A DNA stretch of 64,000 nucleotides from Amoebophrya sp. A120 (lineage: Eukaryota > Protista > Dinoflagellata): positions 1,162,913 through 1,226,912 of the forward strand of contig CAJINV010000019.1 of the NCBI GenBank assembly GCA_905178155.1, in the 5' to 3' direction. The translations under genes and the position numbers were made by a program. Below, one piece after another: positions 1-13,262 of this stretch (within the stretch, counting starts at the first letter, position 1; each line of letters starts with the position of its first letter). Under the pieces are notes generated by a model. It was not told where the DNA came from and searched no databases. It saw only the letters and a program-made list of their open reading frames with translations.

Positions 1-366
1 AATTTGTGAGATGATTGCTGAGGGCTGCGCGCGGCAGCCCTTGTCCTGGTCCTGGTAGCAAATATTACAAGATCATTGATAAAAGTCTGTTGTTGTTTGA
101 AAGTTCATTTAGCGTACTAGTGTCTTTCTGACGGTAAGTATACATATAGACGTGTAGATTTAATTTCAAGCTGTCAAAGAGTATTCCTTCATTTTCTTTT
201 TCTTGTTCATCCGTCAACGCCACGTGTACCTACTATTCCGAGAGTGTGTTTCTTCGTGTAGTTTTCGCATTGTTTTACTGTGTGCTTAGATAAATTTCGC
301 ACCAATAGTACCGGTTTTCCAGGCAGAAAACTCAGGCTTCATCCTAGTATCCTTCAAACCTCTGCC

Positions 367-3300
367 CTAATTCCCCCTCGCATCTGCCGCCGTGTTGCAG
401 TTGCTATACCCCAATTTTTCCAGCTCTTTCTGCAACCCTGCAATGTGCTGGCAGCCCACCACAGCCAGCACTCGACCGTCGAAGCCTACCAAAGTACTAG
501 CCATCGATTCTTCGCGCCGGTGGAATATGATGTCCGACGTGTTTTTCGGCTCCGTTTTCAGAGCCACCTCGCGCAAAATGAACGCCAGCCGGTGGGTCGG
601 CACGATGTCGTACGACAGTTCCGCGGTTTTGTTTTCTTGCAGTTGTCGGGCCTGGTGCTTCTGCGCGGAGGAAACGGGTGCAGAATTGGAATTACCACTA
701 GACCCCCCGCCGCCGAGCTGTACCAATCGGTCTAACTCGGTATCGGACAAATCGCAGACGATCCGCAAGTAGTGCGCCAAAGACTGTTGCTTCAGGAGCT
801 CACACGCCTGCAACGCGAGCTGATATCAAATGTAAAAATGTCTGGGTCTGGAAGGTTGCCAGGTTTGTCATGCATATTTTACATGACTCAGGATGTCTGT
901 AATGCATGATCTGGCATCACATATTTTTAGAGGCCTTCCTGATGCCTATCCCGCATGACAAATGGCCTCCCCGCGTAGCACAAACTGGGCTCCTATTGCT
1001 GGTCATGCAATACAGATTTTTTAGAGTGCAAAGTTAGCATCACAAGTTCCAACCTTCCAGACCCAGACATTTTTGCATTTGATAGCTGGCGGTTGGAGTC
1101 AATGTGGAGGATCCGGCAACTCGGGCCGGCGAGGTACTTGGGCATGGCGACCGGAAAAGAATTGCAGATGGAGAGAACCTTTTTAAAATGACGTGGAAGT
1201 TATGCAAGAACTCTTGTGAATCATGCTACCATGTAATAAATGTTGCTCCGAAAAAAAGTAGAAAAACACGCTGATGAAACATCCATATCCACTAAAGTAA
1301 AGAATCACCAGAAGATAAGTACGCTCTTATCAGTCTTCTCCGTTTTCGCCTTCCTTGCAATCTCGTTCAAGAAATGCAGCCCGAAGTCCTCACGCAGCGC
1401 CTCGCGGCGGAAGGCGTCCGCTAAGCCCTTCCACGTTTCCCGACCGTCCAAAGGCGCTTCCAGCCCAACGATGTGGGGCTGCAGACGCCGGAATACCTTT
1501 TTTTCAGTTGGTATTCGGTGCGGGGTGAATTACTAGTTACCCGACTGCAAGGCGTAGAGCGTCACACAACGTGGTGGTCTTTATTGTTTCTCATGCTCTA
1601 CTGCGGGCTTTTATGATCTCATGACATGATCAAGAACAGATGGAAACACGATAGGAGCTTAGTGTTATTCACGGATCGTCTTAATGAAAAAGTACCTTCG
1701 CCATGTTGATCGCGTCGTACTTCGAGTAGTGCAGTTGTCCTAGGATGTAAATGTGCGAATTCTTCGCCACCATTGGGTTGTTTAAACACCACTCTGCCAA
1801 GTCCTCGTTTGTCGTATCGCGCAAAACGCGGTACAAATCCAAGCCGTACGCCATCGCTTTGTCCAAGTAATCCTTCGGCTCCTCGACTTTCGCACCACTA
1901 CTTATGGGGGTGTCAGAATCGAAATCGTCAAACTTGAAATAGTTTGCCATACATAAATAAATGCAACGCAAAAATTGTCTCCATTGCAGAGGACGCAAGG
2001 AAGGCAGATTGTAGTGCTGGTAAGGGTCGAGAATTGTGCTGCTGATAAGCATAACAGACGGGAGCCCATTTGCCCTAAACAGCATGACAGACTTGCTTTA
2101 GAGGGAAAGAAAATTTGTCAGGCGCCGCCTATAAACTGTGGGCCCAACTGGTATAAATTTCAGGCATTGCAAATTTTTTCAACTTTGTCGATTTCGATCC
2201 TGACACTCCCATACGCATACTACTACTGGATTTATTATTTTTCGACGACTTAGAAGAACTGCTCGAGCTCTTCTTCGACTTACTACTCTTTCTGCTACTT
2301 TTCTGTTCCGCTTTTTGTCCTCCACCTCCCGTACTACTTCCAGTGACGATGTGGGGCACTACCGAAAAGCTGCCTGTGGTCTCCAGACCCTTCGCCGATG
2401 CGACAGGCACCGGGACAACGGATTTCCCGCCCTCCGCCACATCGAGTAGGGTGGGGTTTATCCAAGAAAAAAACTGTGTTAGTGTAAGTCTTTTGGGAAA
2501 ACAGCATCACAAGTTTGTCTGCAATGACAGCAAAAACCTGTTATGCGCAGCTAGGAAGGGAAGACACATAGGAAACGAGCCGGTCATGCATGTCGAGCAT
2601 GACAAGTGTAAACTGTTTTGCATTCTCTGCATCACAGATTTACAATTACACAGTTTTTTTCTTGCATAGGGTTATTGGGGGGAAGATTTGTAAAATTCGC
2701 GTCTTCGATCGAGGAGTCCACGTGCTCGGAAAACCGAACTGCTATGCCTTCCTCAGGTGTCACACTCTCAAACGTTACAGTAGAGAGTCTGGAATTTGTC
2801 TTGCATGAACAGCATGAGTACCATACCGAGACTTGCGCTTTTCGCATTACAAGTTTCGCCGGATTGCTCTAGTGGGGCTTGAGGCTCCAGAAGTTGTCAT
2901 GCGTGTAGTTCCTGTGAGAGTAGGCCAGATGAAGCACGACTTGCATCACAAAATCCAGACTCTAAAGTAACGTTTGAGATTGTAAGACATGAGCAAGTCA
3001 TAACTGCGGGCCTCTCCTTCTGCGAAGGTTGACCAGATGCTGTTTGGCTATTATTTTCTGGGTAATTATTTTGTGCGTCTACTAAAAACCCATTCTCTTG
3101 GTCGCCAGTCGTGCCTTCCGCTGCGTTAAAAACGCCGCTCTGTGCACCACCACTGCCCCAATTCGCATTCATCTTCTCCTTTTCCCTCTGTCGTCGCTTT
3201 TTCTCCATCTTCTTTTGCAATTTCGTCGACTTCGGTTCCCACCGCTCCTCGGGTACGACAAAAATCGAGGGCACCGTTTCCAGAGAGACTTGATGATTCG

Positions 3301-6300
3301 CCGCGTGTTGGGGGTGTGACAACTGTTGGTGGAGCTGCGACGATTTATTGGCGGTAGTAGACTTGTGCTGGTTTATCGCAACAGCACCTTGGTGGTGCTG
3401 TTGTTCCACCGCGGTAGTTGTACTATTTCCGTCGTAGAACAGAAAACTTCCCGTGCTCTGATTCAGCTGGTCCTGCTTGTTGTCAAAATAACCGGCGGCT
3501 CCTTTTGCAGTTGCCTTACTAGTAGTAGCACCTTTAGAAGTTGGATTTTCTTTGCTAGACGACGAGGACGAAATTGCTCCTGCACCTCCAGACAGCTCCG
3601 CCTCAACTGCATTGGTGAGGCTGTCTTGTTTCTCAACCTTGATCGAAGTTCCGCTGAACTCCTTTGACCTTTGCTTCTTCAGCAAGGTTGGCTTGTCGGC
3701 GTTGCTCAGAATCTTCTCTGCAGCGGTCTCAAGCGACAGAGGTCCGGCGTTTTCCCCTTCCTCCCCACAACTCTCGGTTGCGCCATTCATCGTCCCCACA
3801 GCGCTGATGTTCAGAATGCTGCGGGAAAACTTCCGTCCCAGCGCTTTCCGCAGGTCCGTGTGTTCGGAGCCGAGGTTGGTTTGCTTGTTGCTCAGGATCT
3901 GATTCTGAAGGTTGGCGGAATTTTGTCCGAGGTAGGCCACGTTTGGCGGCGGCGGCGGGGGAATTTCGATCAGGTTGCCGTGCCCGTCGAAAGTGGAGGA
4001 ATTCATTTTGGCGGCGCGCTTCGCGGCGTAACCCGCCGCGGAGGCCGCCATTTCCGCAAGCATCTCCTGGGCGGTAGGCTGGTGGCCTTGGTTTTTTTGA
4101 ATCGCAGCCCCAATCGTAGCAGCTGTGGAGGCGGCGGCCTGTTGTAGTTTTTTTCCCGGAGTTTACTTATGTTGCGGTTCATTGATGAAAATAAATTCCT
4201 CGATCACAGAGACGTACAAGGCATAGAGCAGCTCTCAAAGTCCTGATCTCGAATCGAGCCCCTCGATCTGTTTTTCCTTTAAATGCAAATCTTAAAAAGC
4301 AAAAAAAAATCGCAAGTACCTGCTCCGCCGTCAGCTTTTCCTTGGACAAAGATTTTTTCCTTCGCAGCTTGAGCGTTCCACCCACCGCGTTGCCATTAGT
4401 TCCCATCGCAACACCGGAGCTACCACCTATGGGCGAATTCATTTGTTCCCGCAACAACGCTTCTTTCAAGTGTGGATTCTGTTCGAACAAGACGGATTCG
4501 TCCCCGTCGACAAACTTTATCATGCCGTTCGCGTCTAATTCATACGCGGGCATGGAGAAAATCGGGGGCGGTTTTTCCCGGGGCTTTTTCAGTCTTTCCT
4601 TCTGCTTCTGCAGGTCCACAGGGTCGTTGCTCATTCCCACGGGTATGAACTGGTCGGTTTCTGGCGGGATGTGGTCCGGGTTGATCAAAAGCTTTTTCTT
4701 CTTCTTCTTTTTCTTCGGTTGTGGAGAAGAATTTCCATTATTCCCACCACCTGATCTCGGCCGCGGGTTCAACACGTGGTGGCTGGGACTTAGATTGTTC
4801 AAATCGTATGCGTTATTGAGTTGTATCAAATGCAAATATGTCTGGGTCTGGAAACTTGTAATGCTGGGTGGGAAATAGTGAAAGCTCTGTAATGCACAGC
4901 CAAGCATGAGAAATATCTGCGCTACTTAGTTTTGCACTTTCCGCATGACAAACTGCGTTTTTGCATGACAAGTAATGCATCACAAACGTTTCAGGATGCC
5001 AGACAAGCATGACACACATCCAGACCCGGAAATATTTGCAATCCATAAGTTGTCCGCTATTGCCATTGTTCCCATTCGCGTTCTTCGCCCGCATAGCGGA
5101 GGACGGTCGTCTCGAGTTGATAAATTTCCAGTAACTCGCGCCCGCTTTTTCCTTCGACGATGAAGTAGTTGTGCCTTTATTCATGATTTTATTCTGCGGA
5201 TTCTGTCCGAGGCCAAAGTTGTGCATTTTGGTTAAATTGGTCCCCTGGTAGTTGTCTGAGGCGAAATCTCGGATTTGGTTGGCTGCGTTGTTCACCAAAT
5301 CCCTGTCAGAACTGTTTTTCTGATTGCTATTGCTGTTCCCCGCTGCACCAGAACTACCCATGACAAAGTCGTTCCGTGCCATCAGCGCTTTGTACCCGTC
5401 AGACTGCCTATTGCCGCCCCACCGCAAGTTCGCGATCTGATACGGCTTTTCCCGTTGCAACTTCCGCCACGTGGCGAGCAATTCGCGGGCCTCCTCTTGC
5501 TTTTTCGTCTGCGAATCTTCTGATTCCGCGTCGGATATGTCGTTGTCCGACTGGTGTCGATTTCTGGTGCTATGGTGCGTTCGCTGTTCTTTCTCCTCCT
5601 TATTGTGCAGCATGGTTTGAAACCCGTCCGATCTGGTGCGCCAGCTTTTGCTCCCGGAATTCCTCTTCGTGTTCTTTTGCAGCAAAATCTGGGAGGCACT
5701 CATCGGGAAGTCGCTACCACCTCCAGTAGCGTTGTTGTGCTGATGGATGTTGTGAAACCCGGTGGAGGAGGAAGAAAAGCCGTTCATTTGCTGGTCGTTG
5801 TACACCCGGGCGGATTCGCGCATCGAAATCATCCGCGGAGTGGCCGCGTCCGCCGCGTTCGGATTATTGGTGTTCCCACCGGCCCGGGAGCTTGGCCTCG
5901 AATTCCCCCCACCATCTTTCGCAGAGTCCGGACCGCCGAACATCTCTTGCTGTTGCTGCTGTCGCGTCATTCGGTGCTCTTGCAGGAATTCCAAAGCGGC
6001 GTTCGCGACACTGGCCGCGCCCGATTTGTTCTTCTTTCTCTTCTTGCTAGGCGAAGTGCCAGAAGCTGTTATAATCCCTGCTCCCGCGGCAGTAGATGAA
6101 CTTCCGTTCAGCTGGTTAGTCGCTTGTTGCAGCAACTGCATCCTCCGCTCGAGTGGCGACAAGACCGTGTTGGTTTTGCTCAATGGCTTCCGTTATCAAA
6201 TGCAAAAGTGTCTGGGTCTGGAAACTTGTGATGCTGGGTGGCGTATCATGAGGAGGCCACAAGTGCTGGCCCAGCATGACAAGTTTCTGAGCTTCTAGGT

Positions 6301-9300
6301 GTTGCCTATTCTGCATGACAAACTGAGTTTCTGCATGACAGAAAAATGACGCTCTTGGGTAACGTGCATGACAGATTTGAGAGTCATGCGCATGCCAGAC
6401 AAGCATGACACACATGAACTCTTCCAGACCCAGACATTTTTACACTTGATATCCGTGGTCTGGTTTTCCGATTCCCCGGACTCGATGCGCGACGTTGGTC
6501 GCTCGCCGATTTCGGCCGCTCGCGGAATAGTTGTTGTAAACCGAGTTGTTGCTGCCCTAGTGGGTTGTGTTGCTGCACCAGCCCTGTCAGTGTGTTGCCA
6601 GAAGATGACTGCTGCTGCTGCTGCTCGGTAGCCGATTGCGGTGCTCCAGCAGTTTGCTCTTGCTCCATCTTGCTCGAGGAAGAACCCCGATTATTGCCGC
6701 GGATATTAAGCCCTCCTGTTATGGCGCTGCCACCATTCTGTTCCTCAGCTTCTTGTTCCGCATAATTACCATCCTCCGCGCTGTCAACGTCGTCGACGTT
6801 CGCCTCACCCCCTTCCGCCTCCGACTGCTGATCAGCGCCGTCCTCCGCCCCCTCCTCCTCATCTGCGATCACGTGGTGTCGTCGCCTGCTCGTCGGATTT
6901 TTCCGGTACAACTTTCCCAAAGCAGCCTTGATCTGCGCATCCGTCTGCAGCTGCTGCTGCTGTTGTTGTATTAAAAGGTGCTGCTGGTGTTGCAACTTAG
7001 CAGAAGCACCACCTCCCCCTCCCTGCGATGATGAACCCAAACGCTGCTGTTGCGCCGCGCTGTGCGAACTCAAGGATTGCGACCCGTCGGGCCTTGAATT
7101 CATATTTCGCATTGAACTCCCCGCGGCGCCACCAGCACCGCCGGTGGGGGATCTGCTCGGAACGGGGGAACGGCTGGGAACAGGCGATCGACTTGGTGGT
7201 CGCCGAGAATTCTGGTTCCTCTCCTCTTCATTCCCCGAAAATGTTGCCATAACACCACCGCCTCTATTGTTCGACGAGGAGCTTGCGTGGCCACCACCTC
7301 CTCCTCTACCCCCGGCCGCGCTTTTCACCGAGCCAGTCGGACTGGTCCTCGGCAATGGCCCATACACGTTGTTCCTCGGACTGTTCCGCTCCGTACTCGA
7401 AGCGCGGCCGGACCCGCCGGGAATGCGGTTTTGTAGTTTCATGGGCGACCGGCTCCGCAGGTCTTTCAGCCCCGTGTCCACCTTCGCGGCGATTTTAGCA
7501 TACTTCTTCGCTTCATCCAGCTCTATATCGGAGGAATTGCAGCTCCACTCCATCTGCGTCGACATTAAACTATCCTCCCCCGCCGTGTTAGAGGAACTCG
7601 ATTTCGGCCGGGGCAGAGGTATCAAGTGCAAAAATGTCTGGGTCTGGAAGAATGCAACTTGTGCTGCTGCATTTGGATTCCCAAAAAAATCTGTATTGCA
7701 TGAGTACCAAAGGGAGTGCGATTTTTGCTACGCTGAGAAGGCATTTGTCTGGCGGAATATGCATTAAGAAGCCCTCAAAAAATCTGTATTGCTAGGGTAT
7801 GCAACACAGACATCATGGCTCATGCAAAACGTGCATGACAAGTGTCAAGAATCTTCCAGACCCAGACATTTTTACATTTGATAAGGGGTTGCAGCAACTG
7901 ATTCCCCGTCAGAGTGTCTATCACGAACGGCGGGTCGTTGGTTTGATCAGTCGTGTGGAAGGTCGTGGTTGCCTTGTTGTTTCGAATTGCACTGCTGTTA
8001 TTTCTTGCGGAGGACTGGCGCTGGGTCGACGCTGACGCGCCGTTCTCTCCAACCGTACTTGTTCCGACGGGGGCACTACTCGCAGCCTGATCCATCGCCG
8101 CCGTGAAGCTGTTGCCCGCATGCTTCTTTTTCATCTCCGAGGTGGAACTGCCTGCAGTTGTACTAGAGGTGGTCCCAGCATGTAGTGCTGTTGACCCAGA
8201 CTTAATACTGTTCCCGGCACCACCGCCCGCCGACGCGGAACCTTTTGACTTCGAACGTGACGTCTTCCGCGACTCCCCCCTAGGACCTGCAGCGCCGCCC
8301 TGTGCTGCTGCTGCTTTCGAGGCGGTTCTACTACCTGCTGCAGCTCCGTCCGTAGTAGTTCCTGAACCGCTTGTTCCTCCCCCCTTCGTGCTCGGACTGC
8401 TCTTCGGCCGCTTGGCTTTCGCAGCCAGCCGCGCCATGATGTACGCGTTCGTGAGCATGCTGTTGGTGATTTTCTGCTTCTTTTCCGGCGAAGTTCCGGT
8501 CCCGTCCTCGTGGTCTAGTACCCCGTCTTGTTCTCCGCCTTGCCGATTCGATGAAGCTTGGTTCAATCTCGCAGCCCGCGCCAACGCTTGACTCCCCATC
8601 GCGATGTTGATTTCCCTTTCTCGCTTCGCGATCTCCACCTGCTCTGCTGCTAAGCGCTCCGCGGCGGCTTCTATGAGAGTGCACAAGCCCCCCTCCCCCT
8701 CATTTGTATGGCATGAGCAGCAATACAAATCCCGACACACGTGGAGCCTGTGCATGGCAAATTCACGCGCCTAGTGTAGTACTGTTTGGGCTTCCGGATG
8801 AACCTGGCATGCAGACAGTGCCACAAAGCAGCGCTTGAATTTGGGTTTTGCATGACAAACGAGGGGAAGGGGGAGTTGTGCACTCTCTTAGCTTCCTTTT
8901 CGCGCCACTTTTTCCAGTCCCCGTCGAACTCCGGCGGCAGCTCGGTGGACAGCCGCGGAATGTTATCAAAAGGAAAAATCTCCCTACCCCATATCGAAAT
9001 GGAAATCTGTGATGCGGGATTTGTGTACACAAATCGGCCTTGTATTGCAGGAAGGCATCGCGGCCAGATCCCCAGGCTATGTAGGGGCGTATCGGTCTTC
9101 TAGTTGCTCAGCATGGCAAACGGCTCCCCTTTAGGCCCGACAGCATGACAAATCGCAGCCATAATGGGGGCGAACCTTTTGCCCTTGTCTTCTTGCAAGA
9201 CAGATGTGATTTGTGACCTGAAATCAGCAACACAAATTTTCGGAAACATGCCTTTTCGATATGGGGAGGGGGGATTTTTCCTCACAATAAATGTGCTCCT

Positions 9301-12300
9301 TGGGTCGCAAGGGCTGCACGGCCTCATGTTCCATTTCGGAGGAGGAAGAGTTGGAAGCAGAAGATGTCGTCGTTCCTACTACTCCCTCATTATCTTTGTT
9401 TACCCGCTCCCGCCGCTCTTTCTCCTGCCGTAAAGTCAACGCCTGTTGCGAGAGTAACGCGTCCTTCAAAGTCGCGGCGCCGCCGTAAAGTGCCGCGTAA
9501 GACATATTGCGGGAAGTTGCTGCGTCTGCTGGTACTTCGCCAGAAGTCACGGGCTTCGTGCCATCGACAGCAGTAGACGACACTGCTCTGGAGCTGCTCC
9601 CCTCGGTAATCTCCTCAATGCTCGAAGTGGACTTGTTAATGTTGTTCGTGTTCTTCCCCTGCTGATGCAGCACAACAACATTACCGCCGGCGCTGCTAGC
9701 TCGCATCGCTTTCTCAGATTTATTTTCATTCTCTCCATGCAACACGTCTGATCCAGCCCCCTTCTGCTTCGTTGCACTAGTCGACACCGGACGTGAGGAC
9801 CGATTTGCGGAGGTGCTGGAGGAGGAAGCCGAGTTGCTTCCGCTTTTGACACCGTTCGCGTGGTCAGATGATGATGATGATGAAACTCCGCCTTTATTGT
9901 TACCTCTAGAAGTAGTTGTGCCACCAGTGCTGCTACCTTGTCTTAACAACTCCTTCTCTACTGCGCCGCCAAGAACTTCTACCGCGCTGCTGTCTGTGCT
10001 TCCGCTGTTCTGGTCCGACGGACCGCCGCTGGAGGTTGTCCCCCCCGTGGTCGCGGTTGCTGTACTACCGACGCGTCCGCTAGTACTAGCACTACTTCTG
10101 TTCTCGCTCACTATAAAATGCAAATATGTCTGGTTCTGGAAACTTGTGATGCTGGGTGGCGTATCATGAGGAGGCAACAAGTGCTGGCTCAGCATGACAA
10201 GTTGCTGAGCTTCTAGGTGTTGCCTATTCTACATGACCAACTGCGTTTCTGCATGGCAGAAAAGTGGGGCTCTTGGGTAACGTGCATGACAGATTTAAAG
10301 AGTCATACCAGACAAGCATGACAAACATGCATTCTTCCAGACCCAGACATTTTTGCAGTTGATACTCATTTCCCTTAAACTATTTTCCGCCGTGTATCCT
10401 ATGTAAAAACGTCCCCACACCATAGTTGTATTGCAAATCTCCATGCTGAAATTGTTTCTCATGCGGAGCCCCATGAGAAGCATTTTTCAATCGTGCTTTG
10501 CAATTTGTCATGCTCCAATCAGCACGATATACTAGGTCTGTAATGCTGCTGAGCTAGCTCAAACAGCACTAAGCTACGAGTCCAAATTTGTCATGCAAGA
10601 CACCCAAAACTTGTGGATTTGTCTAGCCAATCCCCCATCTTGACTATGGGGTGGGGACGTTTTTACATAGGATACCGTGCCAATGTCCCGGGGCCGCCAC
10701 CCGGTCTTGCTGTTGCGCTCAAACGCGAGCAGATCTTCCAGGGCGTATTACAATGAAAAATGCCCCCTCCCCATATCACAACGGAAATCTGTGATGCAGA
10801 TTTGTGGTCACAAATCAGCTTTGTGATGCTAGAAGGGAAGAGATGCGGATTGAAGTGCTGGCTGGCGCGGGGACGCCTTGCGTCTTCAGCATGACAGGAA
10901 GCAACTGGAAACGGGAAATAGCATGACAAATTGCCTCCAAACGAGGGACCAACTGCGCCTCTTGGCCTTCTAGCAATACACAACGATTTGTGTACTCAAA
11001 TACAGCAACACAAGTTTCGTTTTTGATATGGGGAGGGGGGATTTTTCCTTTTGATAGGGCGTGCTCCCGGTTGGCGCTGTCTGCGACGTTCGCATTCTGT
11101 AAAATGTTCGGCACGAGCAAGTATCAAATGTAAAAATGTCTGGGTCTGGAAGAATGCAACTTGTGATGCTGAATTTGGATTCCAAAAAAATCTGTATTGC
11201 ATGAGCAGCAAAGGGAATGCAATTTTTGCTACGCGGAGAGGGCATTTGTCATGCGGAATAGGCATCGCGAAGCCCTCAAAAAATCTGTGATGCTAGGGCA
11301 TGCATCACAGACATCGTGGCCAATGCAAAACATGCATGACAAGTCTCAGAATCTTCCAGACCCAGACATTTTTACATTTGATAGCAAGGGGTCGACCACG
11401 TCCTCCAACTTTTCCGTTTTGGACAGCAGCTGCTATCCTGAGTAAAAACGTACCCACACCATAGTTGTCATGCAAATCTGCATGCTTAAAATGTTTGTCA
11501 TGCGGAGCCCCATGAGAAGCATTTTCTAAGGGTGTTTTGAAATTTGGCATGCTCCAATCAGCATGAGAGACTAGATCTGTAATGCTGCTGAACTAGCTCA
11601 AACAGCACTACACTACGCGTCCAAATTTGTCATGCGAAACAAGCAAAGTTGGCCGATTTGTCTAGCAGATTTTCCATCTTGACTCTGGTGTGGGTACGTT
11701 TTTACTCAGGATAGCTGCGCCGCGTTCGCCAAAAGCTCTGGCGTTAATCCCACCGGGATATTCACCTCATCCCGCTTCGACGTCAGTTTCCGCTTCTTGA
11801 TCTGCCGCTTTTTCGGCGATTGCTGCACAAAACCGAGGTAAATGAACCGGTCCTCTTCCTCTACTTCGAGCGGGTTGTTTTTGTTGTTTTTATTCCCGTT
11901 CTTTTTCTTCTTGTTCGGACTAGAAGTACTGTTGGTCCCGTCGGGATCGAGAGTTATGTTGTCTGCATTTAATGCTACCCCGCCGTCTTGACTCAATGCT
12001 CCTGCACCAGCTTGTTCCTGGTCTGTTGCAGCAGTACTAGAGTCCGCCTGGTGCTGATTTTCTCCACTCATCTGCTCCTTGCCCGCAATGAAAGACGACC
12101 CCTGCAGGGCCTCCGGAACTCCGCCGTCTACTGGCTCGCTGTTCGAGGTTGCTTGTTGTTGATCTCCGACGACCGCATTGGTAGCTCCGGCACTTGAAGA
12201 TGCCGATGATCCTGCTACCGCTGCTGCGGTCCCACTACTCCCGCCAATGCTCGTCCCGCTTGCAGCGGAGGAGCCACCAGCTCCGGTCGGGGGTTGTGGC

Positions 12301-13262
12301 ATAGTAACCGTTGAGTTGCCTGCTCCACCAAAACTAGCATCAGTTTGCGCACCAGAAGCAGCTGCAGAAGAAGTGCCAGTGTTCATCTTCCCATCTCCAC
12401 TATCACTGCCAGCCGCAAGAACTTTTGGACTGCTCAACAGCGGAACCATTTTCACGACGCCGTCCTCCACTTCCTCCGCCCCCGCTTCGTCATCTACAGC
12501 CGACAAAAGAGGCATCCCCCCGCCGGACTCCCGCGCTATATTAACATCGTCCCGGCCGAGGTAGTTGTAGCTGGATTTGTTATTGTTCAGCTTATTCCCC
12601 AACCCGCCAGTACCAGCAAGCTGTTCCTGCTCAAATTGTAGCTGTTGCTTCTCCTCCGCAAAAGTGCGGATCTTCCGCATCTTCTTGGCGTGGTGCTTGA
12701 TATCTTCGACCGTTTTTCGCAACAGTTGCCGATTCTCGCTGGACAGTTTCGCCATGTTCTCCTCAAAACAGTCCTTCTTGGTCTTCTTCTGCTGTATGGG
12801 TGTGTCAGGATTGAAATCGACAAAGTTGAAATAATCTGTGATGCACAAAATGCAAGGCACGAAGTGACTGTCTTGCAGGGATTGCAAGTGAGGCCGATTG
12901 TGAACCTGTTTCGGGTTTGTGATAGAGGTGCTAAAGTAGCATGGCAAAGGATGCCTTCTTTCGCTAAACAGCATGACAAACTGGATTGCGATAACGTAGA
13001 AATTTGTCATGCGCCGCTTGAAAATTGGGCTTCGGAATGGTATCGGTTTTATGCATCACAAATCTTTCAACTTTGTCAAATTCAATCCTGTCAGTTCCAT
13101 ATGCTGTTGCAGTGTCGTATTTCGCTTGATGTTGTGCGCGTTGGGGTACACATGCTGGTGCTGGGTCGCCGGGTGGAGCAGGCTGCCGGGCTGCGATGCG
13201 GAAAGTGCGACATTGGAAGAACCGCTACCGGCGCCCGGCCGCTGGTTGAAGAAGATGTCCAT
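367..13262 (-). CDS. Giant (~2756 aa) low-complexity protein with C-terminal TraB/GumN(TIKI)-like domain; 15 introner introns + 3 GT-AG introns (4139-4319, 1497-1695, 1179-1322)
   Basis: Manual splicing (element + one 5-bp repeat removed) gives 8271 nt, divisible by 3, from ATG 13262 to TAG 367. The C-terminus reads HIYILGQLHYSK..VFRRLQPHIVGLE..CRILHID..RREESMASTL..VLAVVGCQHIAGL, matching TraB-family motifs. Confidence 0.7.
824..1084. mobile_element. Introner family A (TIR TATCAAATGYAAAAATGTCTGGGTCTGGAA)
   Basis: TIRs; flanks gctga/gctgg. Confidence 0.9.
1903..2213. mobile_element. Introner family B (TIR TATGGGNGTGTCAGRATYGAAATCG)
   Basis: TIRs; direct repeat eroded (ctact/cgcat) but frame is restored with the same +5 rule. 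Confidence 0.85.
2459..2668. mobile_element. Introner family C (TIR TATSCAAGAAAAAAACTGTGT)
   Basis: TIRs; TSD gggtt. Confidence 0.9.
2743..3002. mobile_element. Introner family D (TIR TATGAC..CTCA..TTACAATCTCAAACGTTAC)
   Basis: TIRs; TSD actgc. Confidence 0.9.
4824..5047. mobile_element. Introner family A
   Basis: TIRs; TSD agttg. Confidence 0.9.
6194..6451. mobile_element. Introner family A
   Basis: TIRs; TSD tccgt. Confidence 0.9.
7620..7883. mobile_element. Introner family A
   Basis: TIRs; flanks agagg/agggg. Confidence 0.9.
8672..8890. mobile_element. Introner family E (TIR TATGASAGTGCACAACTCCCCCTCCCCCTCATTTG)
   Basis: TIRs; TSD gcttc. Confidence 0.9.
8964..9289. mobile_element. Introner family F (TIR TAT..GAAAAATCCCCCTCCCCATATC)
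   Basis: TIRs; TSD aatgt. Confidence 0.9.
10112..10364. mobile_element. Introner family A
   Basis: TIRs; flanks ctcac/ctcat. Confidence 0.9.
10395..10674. mobile_element. Introner family G (TIR TATCCTRWGTAAAAACGTMCCCAC)
   Basis: TIRs; TSD ccgtg. Confidence 0.9.
10746..11056. mobile_element. Introner family F
   Basis: TIRs; TSD gggcg. Confidence 0.9.
11122..11383. mobile_element. Introner family A
   Basis: TIRs; TSD gcaag. Confidence 0.9.
11434..11713. mobile_element. Introner family G
   Basis: Long perfect TIR; TSD gctgc. Confidence 0.9.
12795..13101. mobile_element. Introner family B
   Basis: TIRs; TSD tgctg. Confidence 0.9.

Noticed and set aside
1340-1545. Structured ncRNA (snRNA-like)
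   Set aside because: Better explained as a GT-AG-bounded coding exon of the TraB-like domain on the minus strand.
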